From assembly GCA_050246755.1 (NCBI GenBank), contig JBFWVL010000008.1, positions 1-64,000 of the forward strand: a stretch of 64,000 bases of DNA, read 5' to 3'. The notes beneath the pieces were generated by a model. That model was given only the letters and a program-made list of their open reading frames with translations. It had not been told where the DNA came from and did no database searches. Source of the DNA: Bacteriovoracia bacterium (GTDB lineage: Bacteria > Bdellovibrionota > UBA1018 > CAIPTA01). Of this stretch, positions 27,891 through 37,313 are shown piece by piece. The position numbers were made by a program, and so were the translations under genes. Position 1 is the first letter of the stretch. Each line of letters begins with the position of its first letter.

Positions 27891-28991
27891 GTGAACGGTA
27901 ACCGAATCGGAACAATTTTCCAGCTAACGACCTGGGGCGAAAGCCACGGTACTTCCGTGGGGGCGTTGATCGACGGCTGCCCCTCCAACCTAACGCTCAA
28001 GGCCGAAGATTTCCTGGAAGACATGGGCCTTCGTCAGGGAGGCGCGGCCGATTTCACCACTCCGCGAAAAGAAGCGGACAGGGTAGAAATTGAGAGCGGT
28101 GTTTTTGAAGGAATTACCACCGGCACCCCGATCGCGCTGCGCATCCTAAATTCCGCCCAGCACTCCGCCGACTACGACGCCTACCGCGATATTCCCCGTC
28201 CCGGGCACGCCGACCTTACCACCCACCTGAAGCACGGCCACCGCGATCACCGCGGCGGCGGCCGCAGCAGCGCCCGGGAAACCACCGCGCGCGTAGCCGC
28301 CGGCGTGGTGGCAAAGAAAATCCTGCGCTGCCAAGGCATCGAACTCTTGGCCTGGCTGGAAAAGATTGGGCCCCATTCTCTGCCGGATTCGGTTACCCCG
28401 GAAGATTTTTCCCTGACTGAAATCAGAGAGGCTCGCGCCCAATCTCCGCTACGCCTTCCCTTTCTCGGCCCTGAGGCGGAAGAGCTCCGAAGAATGGTGG
28501 ACACTCTGCGGAACGCCGGCGATAGCTGGGGAGGAACCCTGCGCTGCCGCGTGGAAGGACTGCCGGCGGGAATCGGTGAGCCCATTTTCGACAAGCTGAA
28601 TGCCCTGCTGGCGCATGCTCTCATGAGCCTCCCGGCGGCGGTGGCCTTCGAGTGCGGCGGCGGAAAAAACATGAGCGAGCTGCCCGGCTCCGCCATCCGC
28701 GATCCCATCGGCAAAAGTTTAGTCCCTGAAGGAAACCGCCATGGGGGTCTCCTCGGCGGGATGACCACCGGTGCGCCCCTTTCCCTGGCCGTCTCGTTCC
28801 ACGCGCCCACCAGCATTCCCCGCAAAATCGGCTCGGTGGATCTACGAACCAAGGACAGCGAAGAAATTATCGTAGGTGGACGTCATGACGCTTTTCCTTT
28901 GCCCCGGGCGGTGCCCATGGTGGAAGCGATGGTCGCGATCACATTAGTAGACGCGATGATGCGCGCCGGTAGAATTCCGGAAAAGCTTTGA
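27891..28991 (+). CDS. aroC: Chorismate synthase
   Basis: TWGESHG, RPGHAD, GGRSSARET, GRHD. Confidence 0.93.
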   Translation: MNGNRIGTIFQLTTWGESHGTSVGALIDGCPSNLTLKAEDFLEDMGLRQGGAADFTTPRKEADRVEIESGVFEGITTGTPIALRILNSAQHSADYDAYRDIPRPGHADLTTHLKHGHRDHRGGGRSSARETTARVAAGVVAKKILRCQGIELLAWLEKIGPHSLPDSVTPEDFSLTEIREARAQSPLRLPFLGPEAEELRRMVDTLRNAGDSWGGTLRCRVEGLPAGIGEPIFDKLNALLAHALMSLPAAVAFECGGGKNMSELPGSAIRDPIGKSLVPEGNRHGGLLGGMTTGAPLSLAVSFHAPTSIPRKIGSVDLRTKDSEEIIVGGRHDAFPLPRAVPMVEAMVAITLVDAMMRAGRIPEKL

Positions 28992-30000
28992 TCGCCGCCG
29001 CGATCTTCGCCGGCGCAATCCTCAATTTTTCGATTTTTCCCGGTTTCGCCAAGAGGGAAAGCTCGATCTTTCCACCCTTTGCTTTTTTATCGCCCAGAAG
29101 AAACGCGCCGTAATCTTTTTCCGCGAAAAAAGCCGGCGGAATATTTAACTTCAGCTCCAATAGAACCCGCAAAATTTCTTTTTGCATGGCCTCGCCTTTT
29201 TTCCCGAGGAGCGTAGCCTCCACCGCCATTCCCCAAAGCACCGCTTCGCCGTGGGAGATGCCCTCGCCCGACTCCAGCACGTGCCCCACGGTGTGGCCGA
29301 AATTTAAAATCTCCCGAATACGCTTCGTATCCAGCGGATCTCTCTGGACCACGCGGATCTTCGCAGCGAGGCATCTACGCACGATCCCCCTAAGGCCCGC
29401 GCTCACCTTACCGGAAAGAATAAACTCGAAGAGGGCACCGTCCTTCCCCGAAATTCCCTCGATCCAGAGAGTCTTCCAGCATTCACCGGCGCCGCTGATC
29501 CGCTCGGCGCGGGTCAAGCTCGCCAGAAAATGGGGCGCAATCCAAACTTCTCCGGCGGGATAAAAGGTTCCGGCAAAATTTTTCAACAGCCCGGAACCGG
29601 TGGCTGAATCCACCGCCGTTTTTCCTCCTACCGAGGCATCCACCATTCCAAGCAAAGTGGTGGGCACCATCACCAGCGGAGTTCCCCGGCGGTATAGCGA
29701 GGCCACGAGTGCGCCGAGATCCAGCAGCGCCCCGCCGCCAACCACCAGGAGCGCTTGCGAGCGCTCCTGGTGCATCGACGCGAGCATTTCTAAAATTTTT
29801 CCGGCTTCGCTCCAGCGTTTACAGCTTTCCCCACCCGGTAAAAAATGTATACCCACCCTCTTTGTGTCCGTAGAAATCGGCGCCCCTTCGTCCCAAAGAC
29901 AAAGCCCCTTTCGCTTCACAAACGCCTTGGAAAAGGCTGCTTCACTGGGGAAAAAGCGGACTCGAGTAGAGCGCGCCGGGATGGAAAATTTGAGGTCCAT
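28939..30000 (-). CDS. aroB: 3-dehydroquinate synthase
   Basis: GGGALLD, PTTLLGMVDASVGGKT, KN..G, LNFGHT.GH, HGEAV, DKK. Confidence 0.93.
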   Translation of the reverse strand: MDLKFSIPARSTRVRFFPSEAAFSKAFVKRKGLCLWDEGAPISTDTKRVGIHFLPGGESCKRWSEAGKILEMLASMHQERSQALLVVGGGALLDLGALVASLYRRGTPLVMVPTTLLGMVDASVGGKTAVDSATGSGLLKNFAGTFYPAGEVWIAPHFLASLTRAERISGAGECWKTLWIEGISGKDGALFEFILSGKVSAGLRGIVRRCLAAKIRVVQRDPLDTKRIREILNFGHTVGHVLESGEGISHGEAVLWGMAVEATLLGKKGEAMQKEILRVLLELKLNIPPAFFAEKDYGAFLLGDKKAKGGKIELSLLAKPGKIEKLRIAPAKIAAAIKAFPEFYRRASSRLLM

Positions 30001-30060
30001 CTCTCTTTGCTAGCCCGAATCCTTCGCGATTTCAAGCGCTTATGCCGCACCACGAAGCAT

Positions 30061-30088
30061 TAAGTTTCTCTCCCGCTCCACCCGATAA
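30061..30088 (+). promoter_or_regulatory. sigma28-like promoter
   Basis: TAAG-N16-CCCGATAA. Confidence 0.4.
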
Positions 30089-30102
30089 GAATGGGTAAAC
30101 CT

Positions 30103-30945
30103 ATGAAGATCTTAGCGCTTTTACTCCTGCTGCTTCCCTGCCTAAGCATGGCCACCGAAAAGTTTCGGGAGCCCACGCCTTTGCTCTCCGCCGACGAAAA
30201 TCCGGCTCCTGCCGCCGACCGCCGCCTAGCTTCGGTGGGCAAATCCAGCAGCAACGAAGAAGTGTTCGGAAAACTTACCGTAGGCACCCGCGCCATCACG
30301 CAGAACTCCTTCGGCTCCTGGAATAACGAAGTAGTGAAAGTGATCGAAGTTTTCGACGACAACAGCGTTCGGCTAAAATTTGATAACGGCCGCACGCCGA
30401 TCGTGAAATTCAAAAACCTCAGCAAAAATCTTTCTCCGGCCGCTCCGTGCGGACACTCCCACGGTGCCGAAATCTGCAAAGGCGATCGCGTGCTTTATCC
30501 CCTCGCCTCCGCTTCGCTGATGATTCCGGAAGCCGAAGTGATCGAGGTTTTCGAGAACAACCAAGCTCTCCTGCGCGACGGCACCGACTTCCAGGCCAAC
30601 CTCGAGCAAGTAGGCAAAGCCACCGACTGCAGCCCGCAGAAACCCTCTATCTGCCAGGGGAGCTACGTGCTCGCCGAAGGATTTAATAACGGTGCCCGCC
30701 ACGTTTTCGAAGGCACCGTGGAAAAAGCCTATACTCACGGGCCCGTGTTGGTCCGCGTGTCTCCCACTCTGCTGATTCCCATCGACGCCACCGCGGTAAA
30801 AAAGCGCGTGGCCGCCGAGGCCAGCGTGGAAGATCCCGCCGTATTGTCGAATCACGGCTTCCACGGTAAGCCGAGCTATACCGTGATGCCCGAGCTCGAG
30901 CCCCTCGATCCCGCTAAAGCCGACTCCGTAAAAGAAGCGCGCTAA
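30103..30945 (+). CDS. Secreted protein with three ~60-aa SH3/Tudor-like beta repeats
   Basis: Signal peptide; repeats G.RV...V.EVF..N..L with paired Cys. Confidence 0.65.
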   Translation: MKILALLLLLLPCLSMATEKFREPTPLLSADENPAPAADRRLASVGKSSSNEEVFGKLTVGTRAITQNSFGSWNNEVVKVIEVFDDNSVRLKFDNGRTPIVKFKNLSKNLSPAAPCGHSHGAEICKGDRVLYPLASASLMIPEAEVIEVFENNQALLRDGTDFQANLEQVGKATDCSPQKPSICQGSYVLAEGFNNGARHVFEGTVEKAYTHGPVLVRVSPTLLIPIDATAVKKRVAAEASVEDPAVLSNHGFHGKPSYTVMPELEPLDPAKADSVKEAR

Positions 30946-31041
30946 AAAGCCCTAACGAAAATTCGCCGCCAATAAAATGACAAATGTCATTGGGCGAAAT
31001 CTCGCATACAATTCTGGAGATCTTCTACGCAAGGAGCTTTT

Positions 31042-31425
31042 ATGAAATTTTCCATGATTGCCGCGGCCGCCCTTCTGCTCTCCGCCTCTTTCGCTCACGC
31101 GAAAACCCCGGAAGAACTGAATGCCAGCCGCATGACCCGCATTCCCTCGAGCGACCTTTACAATTCCGACAAGTACGCCGTGGGCGTGGCCGAAGCTACC
31201 GACGCGATCAAGGCGCTGAAAGCAAAATACAAAAATTGCAAAATGACCGGCGTAGACGTGGGCGAGAAACAAGAACACCTCACCCCCAAAACAGTTAACT
31301 ACCTCTGCAGAGGGAAAACGGACGGCGAAGTGAAAATCATGGCGTCGATGCAAGTGGCTGGCTGGGGCGAAACTACCGACGTTACCATCACGCTGCTCGG
31401 CGTGGCCGGCGCTACGAACAACTAG
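31042..31425 (+). CDS. Secreted hypothetical protein
   Basis: RBS AAGGAG; signal peptide ..AHA-K. Confidence 0.75.
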   Translation: MKFSMIAAAALLLSASFAHAKTPEELNASRMTRIPSSDLYNSDKYAVGVAEATDAIKALKAKYKNCKMTGVDVGEKQEHLTPKTVNYLCRGKTDGEVKIMASMQVAGWGETTDVTITLLGVAGATNN

Positions 31426-31471
31426 AGAGATCAGTCCCATAAAAAAACTAAAGGCCGTAGTTTTCTATCTA

Positions 31472-32584
31472 TTGATCGCTTTGGCTCCTAGCTTACTCGT
31501 CCTCGCCGCGCTGGAAATATATTTTGGCATTCAGTTAAAAAAGCATGGGCCTTATTCTTACGAATACCCGAGGATCCTGCCTAACGCCCAAAACAAAATC
31601 GGCGCCAAGCAATTGCCCACGAACTTACCGCCCCTGGCGCCCCTCCCAATCGGTACCCACTCCCCGAGCGACTATCGACCCTCCGCTGCATTTCCGATCG
31701 TGAACTCCGGAGCGCTCGCTCTGCTTAAACCCGACTGGCACATGGAACATTTCCGCGCATCCGTGAATGGAACTGCCCCCATTAAAGTATCCGCCAACAC
31801 GGACGGTTTCTCCCGGCGTATTTCAAAAAATGCCTCGCCAAATACGCGCTCATTTTTTATCGCTCTTTGGGGCTGCTCCTTCACGTTCGGCACCAACGTG
31901 GACGATAGCGAAACTCTCTCCAGCCAAATAGCCGAAGCCCTGCCGGATACCGCCACCTATAACTATGGGATGCACGGCGGAGGGCCGAACGATGCTCTGC
32001 TTCGCTTCACCCTGAAGCCACCAAAGCTAGAAATCAAAGAGACCAAGGGTATAGGAATCTACATTTTTATGGATGATCAGCTCAAAAGGCTTGTGGGCAC
32101 CATGAGCTATGTCGGTTCCTGGCACCGGCATACTCCTTTGTACGAAGAGTCGGGTGGCGCGCTCGTTTACCGAGGCACGTTTTCGCAAGCGCACCCGGCA
32201 CTTTATTTGCTTTATAGATTTCTCGCGCGCTCTAATATCCTGGAATATTTTGCCGTGGACTTCCCTTTCGTTTACCACAAAAAGTACGCCGCCCTCGCCG
32301 CGCTTCATTTCAAAGCGATCGCCCAGAAATTCGCCGAAAATTTTCTCGGCCAGAAATTCGTGGTCGTATTCTTTCCCGGCTACGAACACTACGCGGAGAT
32401 TTTAAAGCCCCAGCTGGATAAAGAGAACATTTCCTACCTCGACTACAGTGCGCTTCCCCTCGATCGCTTGGTGAAAGGCCCCCTGAAACAGCCCGATGGG
32501 CATCCCATGCCGGAAGTATATAAATTTGTGGCCCGACAAATAGTGCGCGATCTTTCGCAAGCGGGCTGGATCGACAATAAATAA
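31472..32584 (+). CDS. Membrane-anchored SGNH/GDSL hydrolase-like protein
   Basis: N-terminal TM, GCSFTFG, NYG..G.G, DGHP. Confidence 0.7.
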   Translation: MIALAPSLLVLAALEIYFGIQLKKHGPYSYEYPRILPNAQNKIGAKQLPTNLPPLAPLPIGTHSPSDYRPSAAFPIVNSGALALLKPDWHMEHFRASVNGTAPIKVSANTDGFSRRISKNASPNTRSFFIALWGCSFTFGTNVDDSETLSSQIAEALPDTATYNYGMHGGGPNDALLRFTLKPPKLEIKETKGIGIYIFMDDQLKRLVGTMSYVGSWHRHTPLYEESGGALVYRGTFSQAHPALYLLYRFLARSNILEYFAVDFPFVYHKKYAALAALHFKAIAQKFAENFLGQKFVVVFFPGYEHYAEILKPQLDKENISYLDYSALPLDRLVKGPLKQPDGHPMPEVYKFVARQIVRDLSQAGWIDNK

Positions 32585-32616
32585 AAAGGCCAATTTCGCG
32601 AGAGAAAGGCCTTTTT
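32583..32616. terminator. Bidirectional intrinsic terminator
   Basis: AAAAAGGCC...GGCCTTTTT between convergent genes. Confidence 0.6.
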
Positions 32617-32620
32617 GCCT

Positions 32621-34543
32621 TTACTCGTTGCCTTCCAAGTAAGTATAGCCATCCAATCCCTGCTCGTAGAACTGCAGGAACTTGCGGCCTTCGAGGATGG
32701 TCATGCGTTTCGTTTTGAGCGCGTTCTCCACGGAATAGCGCATGCGCTCCATCATCGCGGGCTTGAAGTATTCCACGTACTCCAATACTTGGGTAACGGT
32801 ATCGCCCTCCACGAGGTGATCGATCTCGTAGTCGCCATCCTTCACCGAAACGTATACCGCGTCCGTGTCACCGAAGAGGTTATGCATATCGCCCAGGATC
32901 TCCTGGTACGCGCCGAGGAGAAATACGCCGATATAATATTCTTTGCCCGGCTCGAGCGGGTGCACTTCGAGCGCGTGCTTCACGTCTTTCACGTCGATGA
33001 AGCGGTCCATCTTCCCGTCAGAATCACAGGTAAGATCCACGAGCGTGGCCTTGCGCGTAGGCTCTTCGGCGAGACGATGGATCGGCATCACGGGAAAGAG
33101 CTGGCGCACGGCCCAGTGATCGGGCGCGCTCTGGAATACCGAGAAGTTACAGAAGTAGGTATCGTGCAATTCTTTGTCGAGGTTCTCGAGCTCTTCGGGA
33201 CGCTCCACCATGTCTTTCGACAGTTTCTGGATCTTGCCGATGATGGCCCAAAACAGCAAATCGATCTCGGCGCGATCTTTCAAAGTCAGGTAACCGAGAT
33301 TGAAGAGCTTGATCGAGTCTTCCTTGTCCTGAATCGTATCGTGGTAGAGCTCGGTCATGTTTTTCTGGGAAAGCTTATTATAGATCTCCCAGAGCTCCTG
33401 CACCTTCTCGTGGGCCTCCGGGCCGGGGGCCGAAGGCGAACCCGGTTTCACGATCTCGTGCGTGCCGAGCACATTGAAAACCAGTACCGCGTGATGCGCC
33501 GTGAGGGCCCGGCCGCTTTCGGTGATGATCGCCGGGTGCGGCAGCTCGCGCTCTTCGCAGATCGACTGGATCGCCGAGACTACGTCGTTGGCGTATTCCT
33601 GCTCCGAGTAGTTCACGGAATTTTCCCAGTTGGTCTTGGAGCCATCGTAGTCCACGCCCAAGCCGCCCCCCACGTCCATATACTGGAGCTTCGCGCCCAT
33701 GGCGCAGAGATCCGCAAACACGCGGCAAGCTTCCTGGAGAGAATCCTTGATCGGGCGGATCGAGGTGATCTGCGAGCCGATGTGGAAGTGCATCAGCTGG
33801 AGGCAGTCCATCATGTTTTCTTTTTTCAAAAATTCTACGCCCTCCACCATCTCGAGGGCGGTGAGGCCGAACTTCGAGCGGGGGCCGGAGCTGTCGACCC
33901 ACTTACCCGCGCCTTTATTTTCCAATTTGGCGCGGAAGCCGATCACCGGCTTGATATCGAGGCTTTTCGCGATCGAAACCAATAGCGGCAACTCTTGGTA
34001 GCGGTCGATTACCACGATGATATTGCGGCCGAGGCGGGTGGCGAGCAGCGCGGTCTCGATATATTCTTTGTCCTTAAAGCCGTTGCAAATCAGAAGCGCG
34101 TCCGGATTATCGAGCTGCGCGAGGGCCACGAGCAATTCTGGCTTAGAGCCCGCTTCGAGGCCGAGGCCGGTTTCAAAACCACAGCGAACCATGGCTTCCA
34201 CGAGGTGGCGCTGCTGGTTCACCTTGATGGGATAAACGCCGCGGTATTTCCCCTTATAATTGAAAGTCTGGAAGGCGTTGTGGAAGCTCTCCGCGATCAT
34301 CTTCACGCGGGTTTCCACGATTTCGGGAAAACGTATCCAGAGCGGAGCGCGCAGCCCGCGGTCCACGAGATCGTTCACTAATTCGTTGAGGTCGAGCGAG
34401 GGGCCGGTGGGGCCTTTGGGCGTGATGCAAACGTTACCCACTTCATTGATGGTGAAAAAGCCGGCGCTCCAGCCATTCACGTTATAAAGACCGGAACTTT
34501 TTTTGACGCTCCAAGGTTCCAGCGAGTTAGGGGTATTGCCCAT
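32621..34543 (-). CDS. speA: Biosynthetic arginine decarboxylase
   Basis: YPIKVNQ, GLEAGSKPEL, HFHIGSQ, GGGLG, TCDSDG, GAYQEILGDMHNLFGD. Confidence 0.97.
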   Translation of the reverse strand: MGNTPNSLEPWSVKKSSGLYNVNGWSAGFFTINEVGNVCITPKGPTGPSLDLNELVNDLVDRGLRAPLWIRFPEIVETRVKMIAESFHNAFQTFNYKGKYRGVYPIKVNQQRHLVEAMVRCGFETGLGLEAGSKPELLVALAQLDNPDALLICNGFKDKEYIETALLATRLGRNIIVVIDRYQELPLLVSIAKSLDIKPVIGFRAKLENKGAGKWVDSSGPRSKFGLTALEMVEGVEFLKKENMMDCLQLMHFHIGSQITSIRPIKDSLQEACRVFADLCAMGAKLQYMDVGGGLGVDYDGSKTNWENSVNYSEQEYANDVVSAIQSICEERELPHPAIITESGRALTAHHAVLVFNVLGTHEIVKPGSPSAPGPEAHEKVQELWEIYNKLSQKNMTELYHDTIQDKEDSIKLFNLGYLTLKDRAEIDLLFWAIIGKIQKLSKDMVERPEELENLDKELHDTYFCNFSVFQSAPDHWAVRQLFPVMPIHRLAEEPTRKATLVDLTCDSDGKMDRFIDVKDVKHALEVHPLEPGKEYYIGVFLLGAYQEILGDMHNLFGDTDAVYVSVKDGDYEIDHLVEGDTVTQVLEYVEYFKPAMMERMRYSVENALKTKRMTILEGRKFLQFYEQGLDGYTYLEGNE

Positions 34544-34734
34544 CGATTTTCATTCTCCCAAATGGGCTCTATTGCCCTGCAGCGATTGGCGAATTTGTCT
34601 CATAAAGCCCAAAAAAAGACAAAAAAGTTCGAGTAAGGACTGGATTTTCCGTGAGAATAAGCCATGATTTCTCTGTTCCCCGGATACCGCGCCTATTGCG
34701 CCATTACCGATCCGGGCCTAAAGGAGAAACGTAA

Positions 34735-34926
34735 ATGAGCGAAATCTTGGTTGTAGCGTCGAAAATTAAAAGCTTCGTAAAAGACAAAGGCGGAATGAAC
34801 ACCAGCGGTGCCGTTCCCGAAGAACTTTCCAAGCGCGTAGCCCTGCTGCTCGAAAAAGCCGTAGAGAATGCTAAGAATGACGGCCGCAAGACCGTTATGG
34901 ACCGCGATATCCCAACCAGCTTCTAA
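34735..34926 (+). CDS. Bacterial histone (Bd0055-like singlet histone fold)
   Basis: EILVVASKIK..GMNTS..LS..A..DGRKTVMDRD, closely resembling B. bacteriovorus Bd0055; RBS AAGGAG and its own terminator. Confidence 0.9.
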   Translation: MSEILVVASKIKSFVKDKGGMNTSGAVPEELSKRVALLLEKAVENAKNDGRKTVMDRDIPTSF

Positions 34927-34946
34927 GCTTTAGGGAATCTAGAATG

Positions 34947-34978
34947 AAAAGGGAGCCTCGCAGGGGCTCCTTTTTTTT
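34947..34978 (+). terminator. Intrinsic terminator of the histone gene
   Basis: GGAGCCTC..GGGGCTCC followed by T8. Confidence 0.8.
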
Positions 34979-35035
34979 GGCCTAACTCCGAACAGTAAAT
35001 TTTACCTCCGACGTCGGAACCGGCCTACTACCGAC

Positions 35036-35069
35036 AAAAAATCCCGAGGATCTCTCCTCGGGATTTTTT
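35036..35069. terminator. Intrinsic terminator (bidirectional)
   Basis: AAAAAATCCCGAGGA-TCTC-TCCTCGGGATTTTTT. Confidence 0.8.
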
Positions 35070-35087
35070 GTTTGGGGCGAACAGCTT

Positions 35088-35573
35088 CTAGTCGTCTTCG
35101 CGATCGCTCATGGAGTTGCCGCACATGGTGGGATTGAAACCTTCGACTTCGCACTGGAGAGTGATGGTTTCACTTTTAGCGCCCAGGCCTTCCACGCTTA
35201 CCTTGAGCTTGGTGCTGATATGCGTTTCAATGCTGCAGTCGCCTTCTTTGGAATTATCCGAAACCGTTTTTGCGGAAAGAACGGTGAACCTCACGGCCTT
35301 CTTCTTTTCGTTCGTGAAGGTAACGGCATCGCCCTTATTCATGCTGCCGAATTCGCTGGCTCCGGTGGATTCGGAAATAATCGTTTCCTTCTTCGATTTT
35401 TTATTCACTAGCTTCAGGCCATCGAAACCGAGGCCTTCGTGATTTTGGCGTTCGCTCAGAGCCACTTTGTAGCCTTGGGTTTCGCCTTCACAGCCGTTGT
35501 AGCCGTGGTAGATGGCGAAGGAAGGAGCCGAGCTAAGGAGCAGTGCAGAGATGGCGCAGAGAGAGATTTTCAT
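35088..35573 (-). CDS. Secreted hypothetical protein
   Basis: Signal peptide ..SFA-I; several Cys; RBS AAGGA. Confidence 0.7.
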   Translation of the reverse strand: MKISLCAISALLLSSAPSFAIYHGYNGCEGETQGYKVALSERQNHEGLGFDGLKLVNKKSKKETIISESTGASEFGSMNKGDAVTFTNEKKKAVRFTVLSAKTVSDNSKEGDCSIETHISTKLKVSVEGLGAKSETITLQCEVEGFNPTMCGNSMSDREDD

Positions 35574-35699
35574 AAATGATCCTTTGGTTACGTTGCGTTT
35601 CAGTGAGCAGATGATGCGCCGAATCAATTTAAATGAAAATTAGAATGATTTAATACTTACTATCCATTTATTAGATAGATAAGCTAAACTACTAGAATC

Positions 35700-36593
35700 A
35701 TGGAAATAAACTACCTACGAGTGTTCTACGAGGTGGCCAAAGTAGGCCGCTTTTCCGAGGCGGCCAAGAAAATGGGCATCAGCCAGAGCGCACTTAGCCG
35801 CTCGGTGGCGCTTTTAGAAGAAGGCGAAGGGGTGCAGCTCTTTGAAAGATCGAAGAAGGGCGTCACCCTCACGCCAGTAGGCAAGGAAGTATTCCAGCGC
35901 TGCGAGCAGCTCTTTCACGCGTTCCGCGATATTGAAAATCTTTGCCAGGGCAAACGCGAGGTATGCGAGGGCACCCTGAGCTTCGCCACCTCCGATCACG
36001 TCACCAACGATCTGCTGGTGGAGCCTATCCAAAGCTTCCGAAAAAAATTCCCCAAAGTGGTGCCGAGTATTTTCACCGGAAGCCCCGATGATATCGTGCA
36101 AGCCCTGCTCACTACGGATTGTGAATTCGGTCTCCTCTTCTCCAAGATCCCCCTGCCCCAGATCGAGTACAAATCCCTGCGCATGGAAAAAATGGCGCTA
36201 GTTTGCCAGCCTCAGCTTTGGAAAAAGAATAAGGCCGCGAATGATTTGGAAACGTTGAGAAAAGTTCTGGAAGAAGCGGGCTATATCGCCTCCTTCGGCA
36301 GCCTGCTCCACAGCCGGCAAACCCGGGTGCTTCTGGAATTATTTGGCGAAATGCCCAGGATCGGGCTCGAGACGAACAGCCAGGAAGCGCAGAAGCGCTT
36401 TTGCCTCGCGGGCGGAGGCGTGGCTTACTTGGCGCGATTCATCGTGGAAAAGGAGATCAGGGAAGGAACTCTGTTCGAGATTCCGGTGGGCACTCCCCAC
36501 GAGTTTTATTTCTGGGCCGCCACCCGCAAGGGAAAGCAACTGAGCTTAGCGGCGAGAACATTTCTCGAACACCTAGAAACGGCCAACCGCTAA
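35700..36593 (+). CDS. LysR-family transcriptional regulator
   Basis: F..AA..M.ISQSALSR...LE...G..LFER. Confidence 0.93.
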   Translation: MEINYLRVFYEVAKVGRFSEAAKKMGISQSALSRSVALLEEGEGVQLFERSKKGVTLTPVGKEVFQRCEQLFHAFRDIENLCQGKREVCEGTLSFATSDHVTNDLLVEPIQSFRKKFPKVVPSIFTGSPDDIVQALLTTDCEFGLLFSKIPLPQIEYKSLRMEKMALVCQPQLWKKNKAANDLETLRKVLEEAGYIASFGSLLHSRQTRVLLELFGEMPRIGLETNSQEAQKRFCLAGGGVAYLARFIVEKEIREGTLFEIPVGTPHEFYFWAATRKGKQLSLAARTFLEHLETANR

Positions 36594-36607
36594 CGGCGAA
36601 CCGACTC

Positions 36608-37183
36608 CTACAGCGCCACCACTTCGTTCACTTCGGGGATCGCGGCCTTGATACGAGTTTCGATTCCCATCTTCAACGTGGCGGTAGAGCTGGGGCAGCC
36701 GGCGCAAGAACCCTGCATATAGAGGTATACGGTTCCATTCTCGAATTTTTCGAACACGATATCTCCGCCGTCCATCGCCACGGCCGGGCGAATATCACGA
36801 TCGAGGATTTCGCGGATCTTCATCTCGATCGGATCGCCGCTGCCTTCCGTTTTCGGGATCGCATTTTTATCCAGGGTCAGCTGATTCACGGCCGGCTCAC
36901 CCGAAGCCAGATGGGACTTTAGGGCTTCGCGGGTTTTTAAATCGAGCACTTCCCAATCGCCCTGATCGGATTTGGTAACCGAAACGAAATTATAGCCGAT
37001 CATGCAGCTCGAAACGCCGGGGATGCTCATGAGGCGCTTGGCCAGCGGAGAACTTTCAGCCGATGCCGTGTCGATAAAGCTAGCGCTACCGCGAGGAAGC
37101 AAAATGGCTTCGTCCACCACGTACTTGAGGGCATTCGGATTAGGGGTAAACTCGAGGCGGATTTCGAAATTTTTTGCGTCCAT
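36608..37183 (-). CDS. NifU/Nfu-family Fe-S carrier (Nfu_N + NifU_C)
   Basis: TPNPNALK, IRPAVAMDGGD, GSCAGCPSS. Confidence 0.9.
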   Translation of the reverse strand: MDAKNFEIRLEFTPNPNALKYVVDEAILLPRGSASFIDTASAESSPLAKRLMSIPGVSSCMIGYNFVSVTKSDQGDWEVLDLKTREALKSHLASGEPAVNQLTLDKNAIPKTEGSGDPIEMKIREILDRDIRPAVAMDGGDIVFEKFENGTVYLYMQGSCAGCPSSTATLKMGIETRIKAAIPEVNEVVAL

Positions 37184-37313
37184 AAGATCTCCTAAGGGTA
37201 GCGGGTAAGAGGATATACCATGCCGCAGAGCGAATTTCCAAAATGCATGGCTAAGTTCCTATCCAGCGCCTTCCATCGACGATACAATTTTTCTCTCAAT
37301 CAGGAGGATACCC

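Noticed and set aside
30978-30990. TGACA-N2-TGTCA palindrome as the same operator as the one upstream of pilB
   Set aside because: Half-site spacing differs (2 versus 5 bp); not enough evidence for a shared regulator
32615-33985. 456-aa ORF on the + strand
   Set aside because: Antisense shadow of speA caused by codon bias; no recognisable motifs
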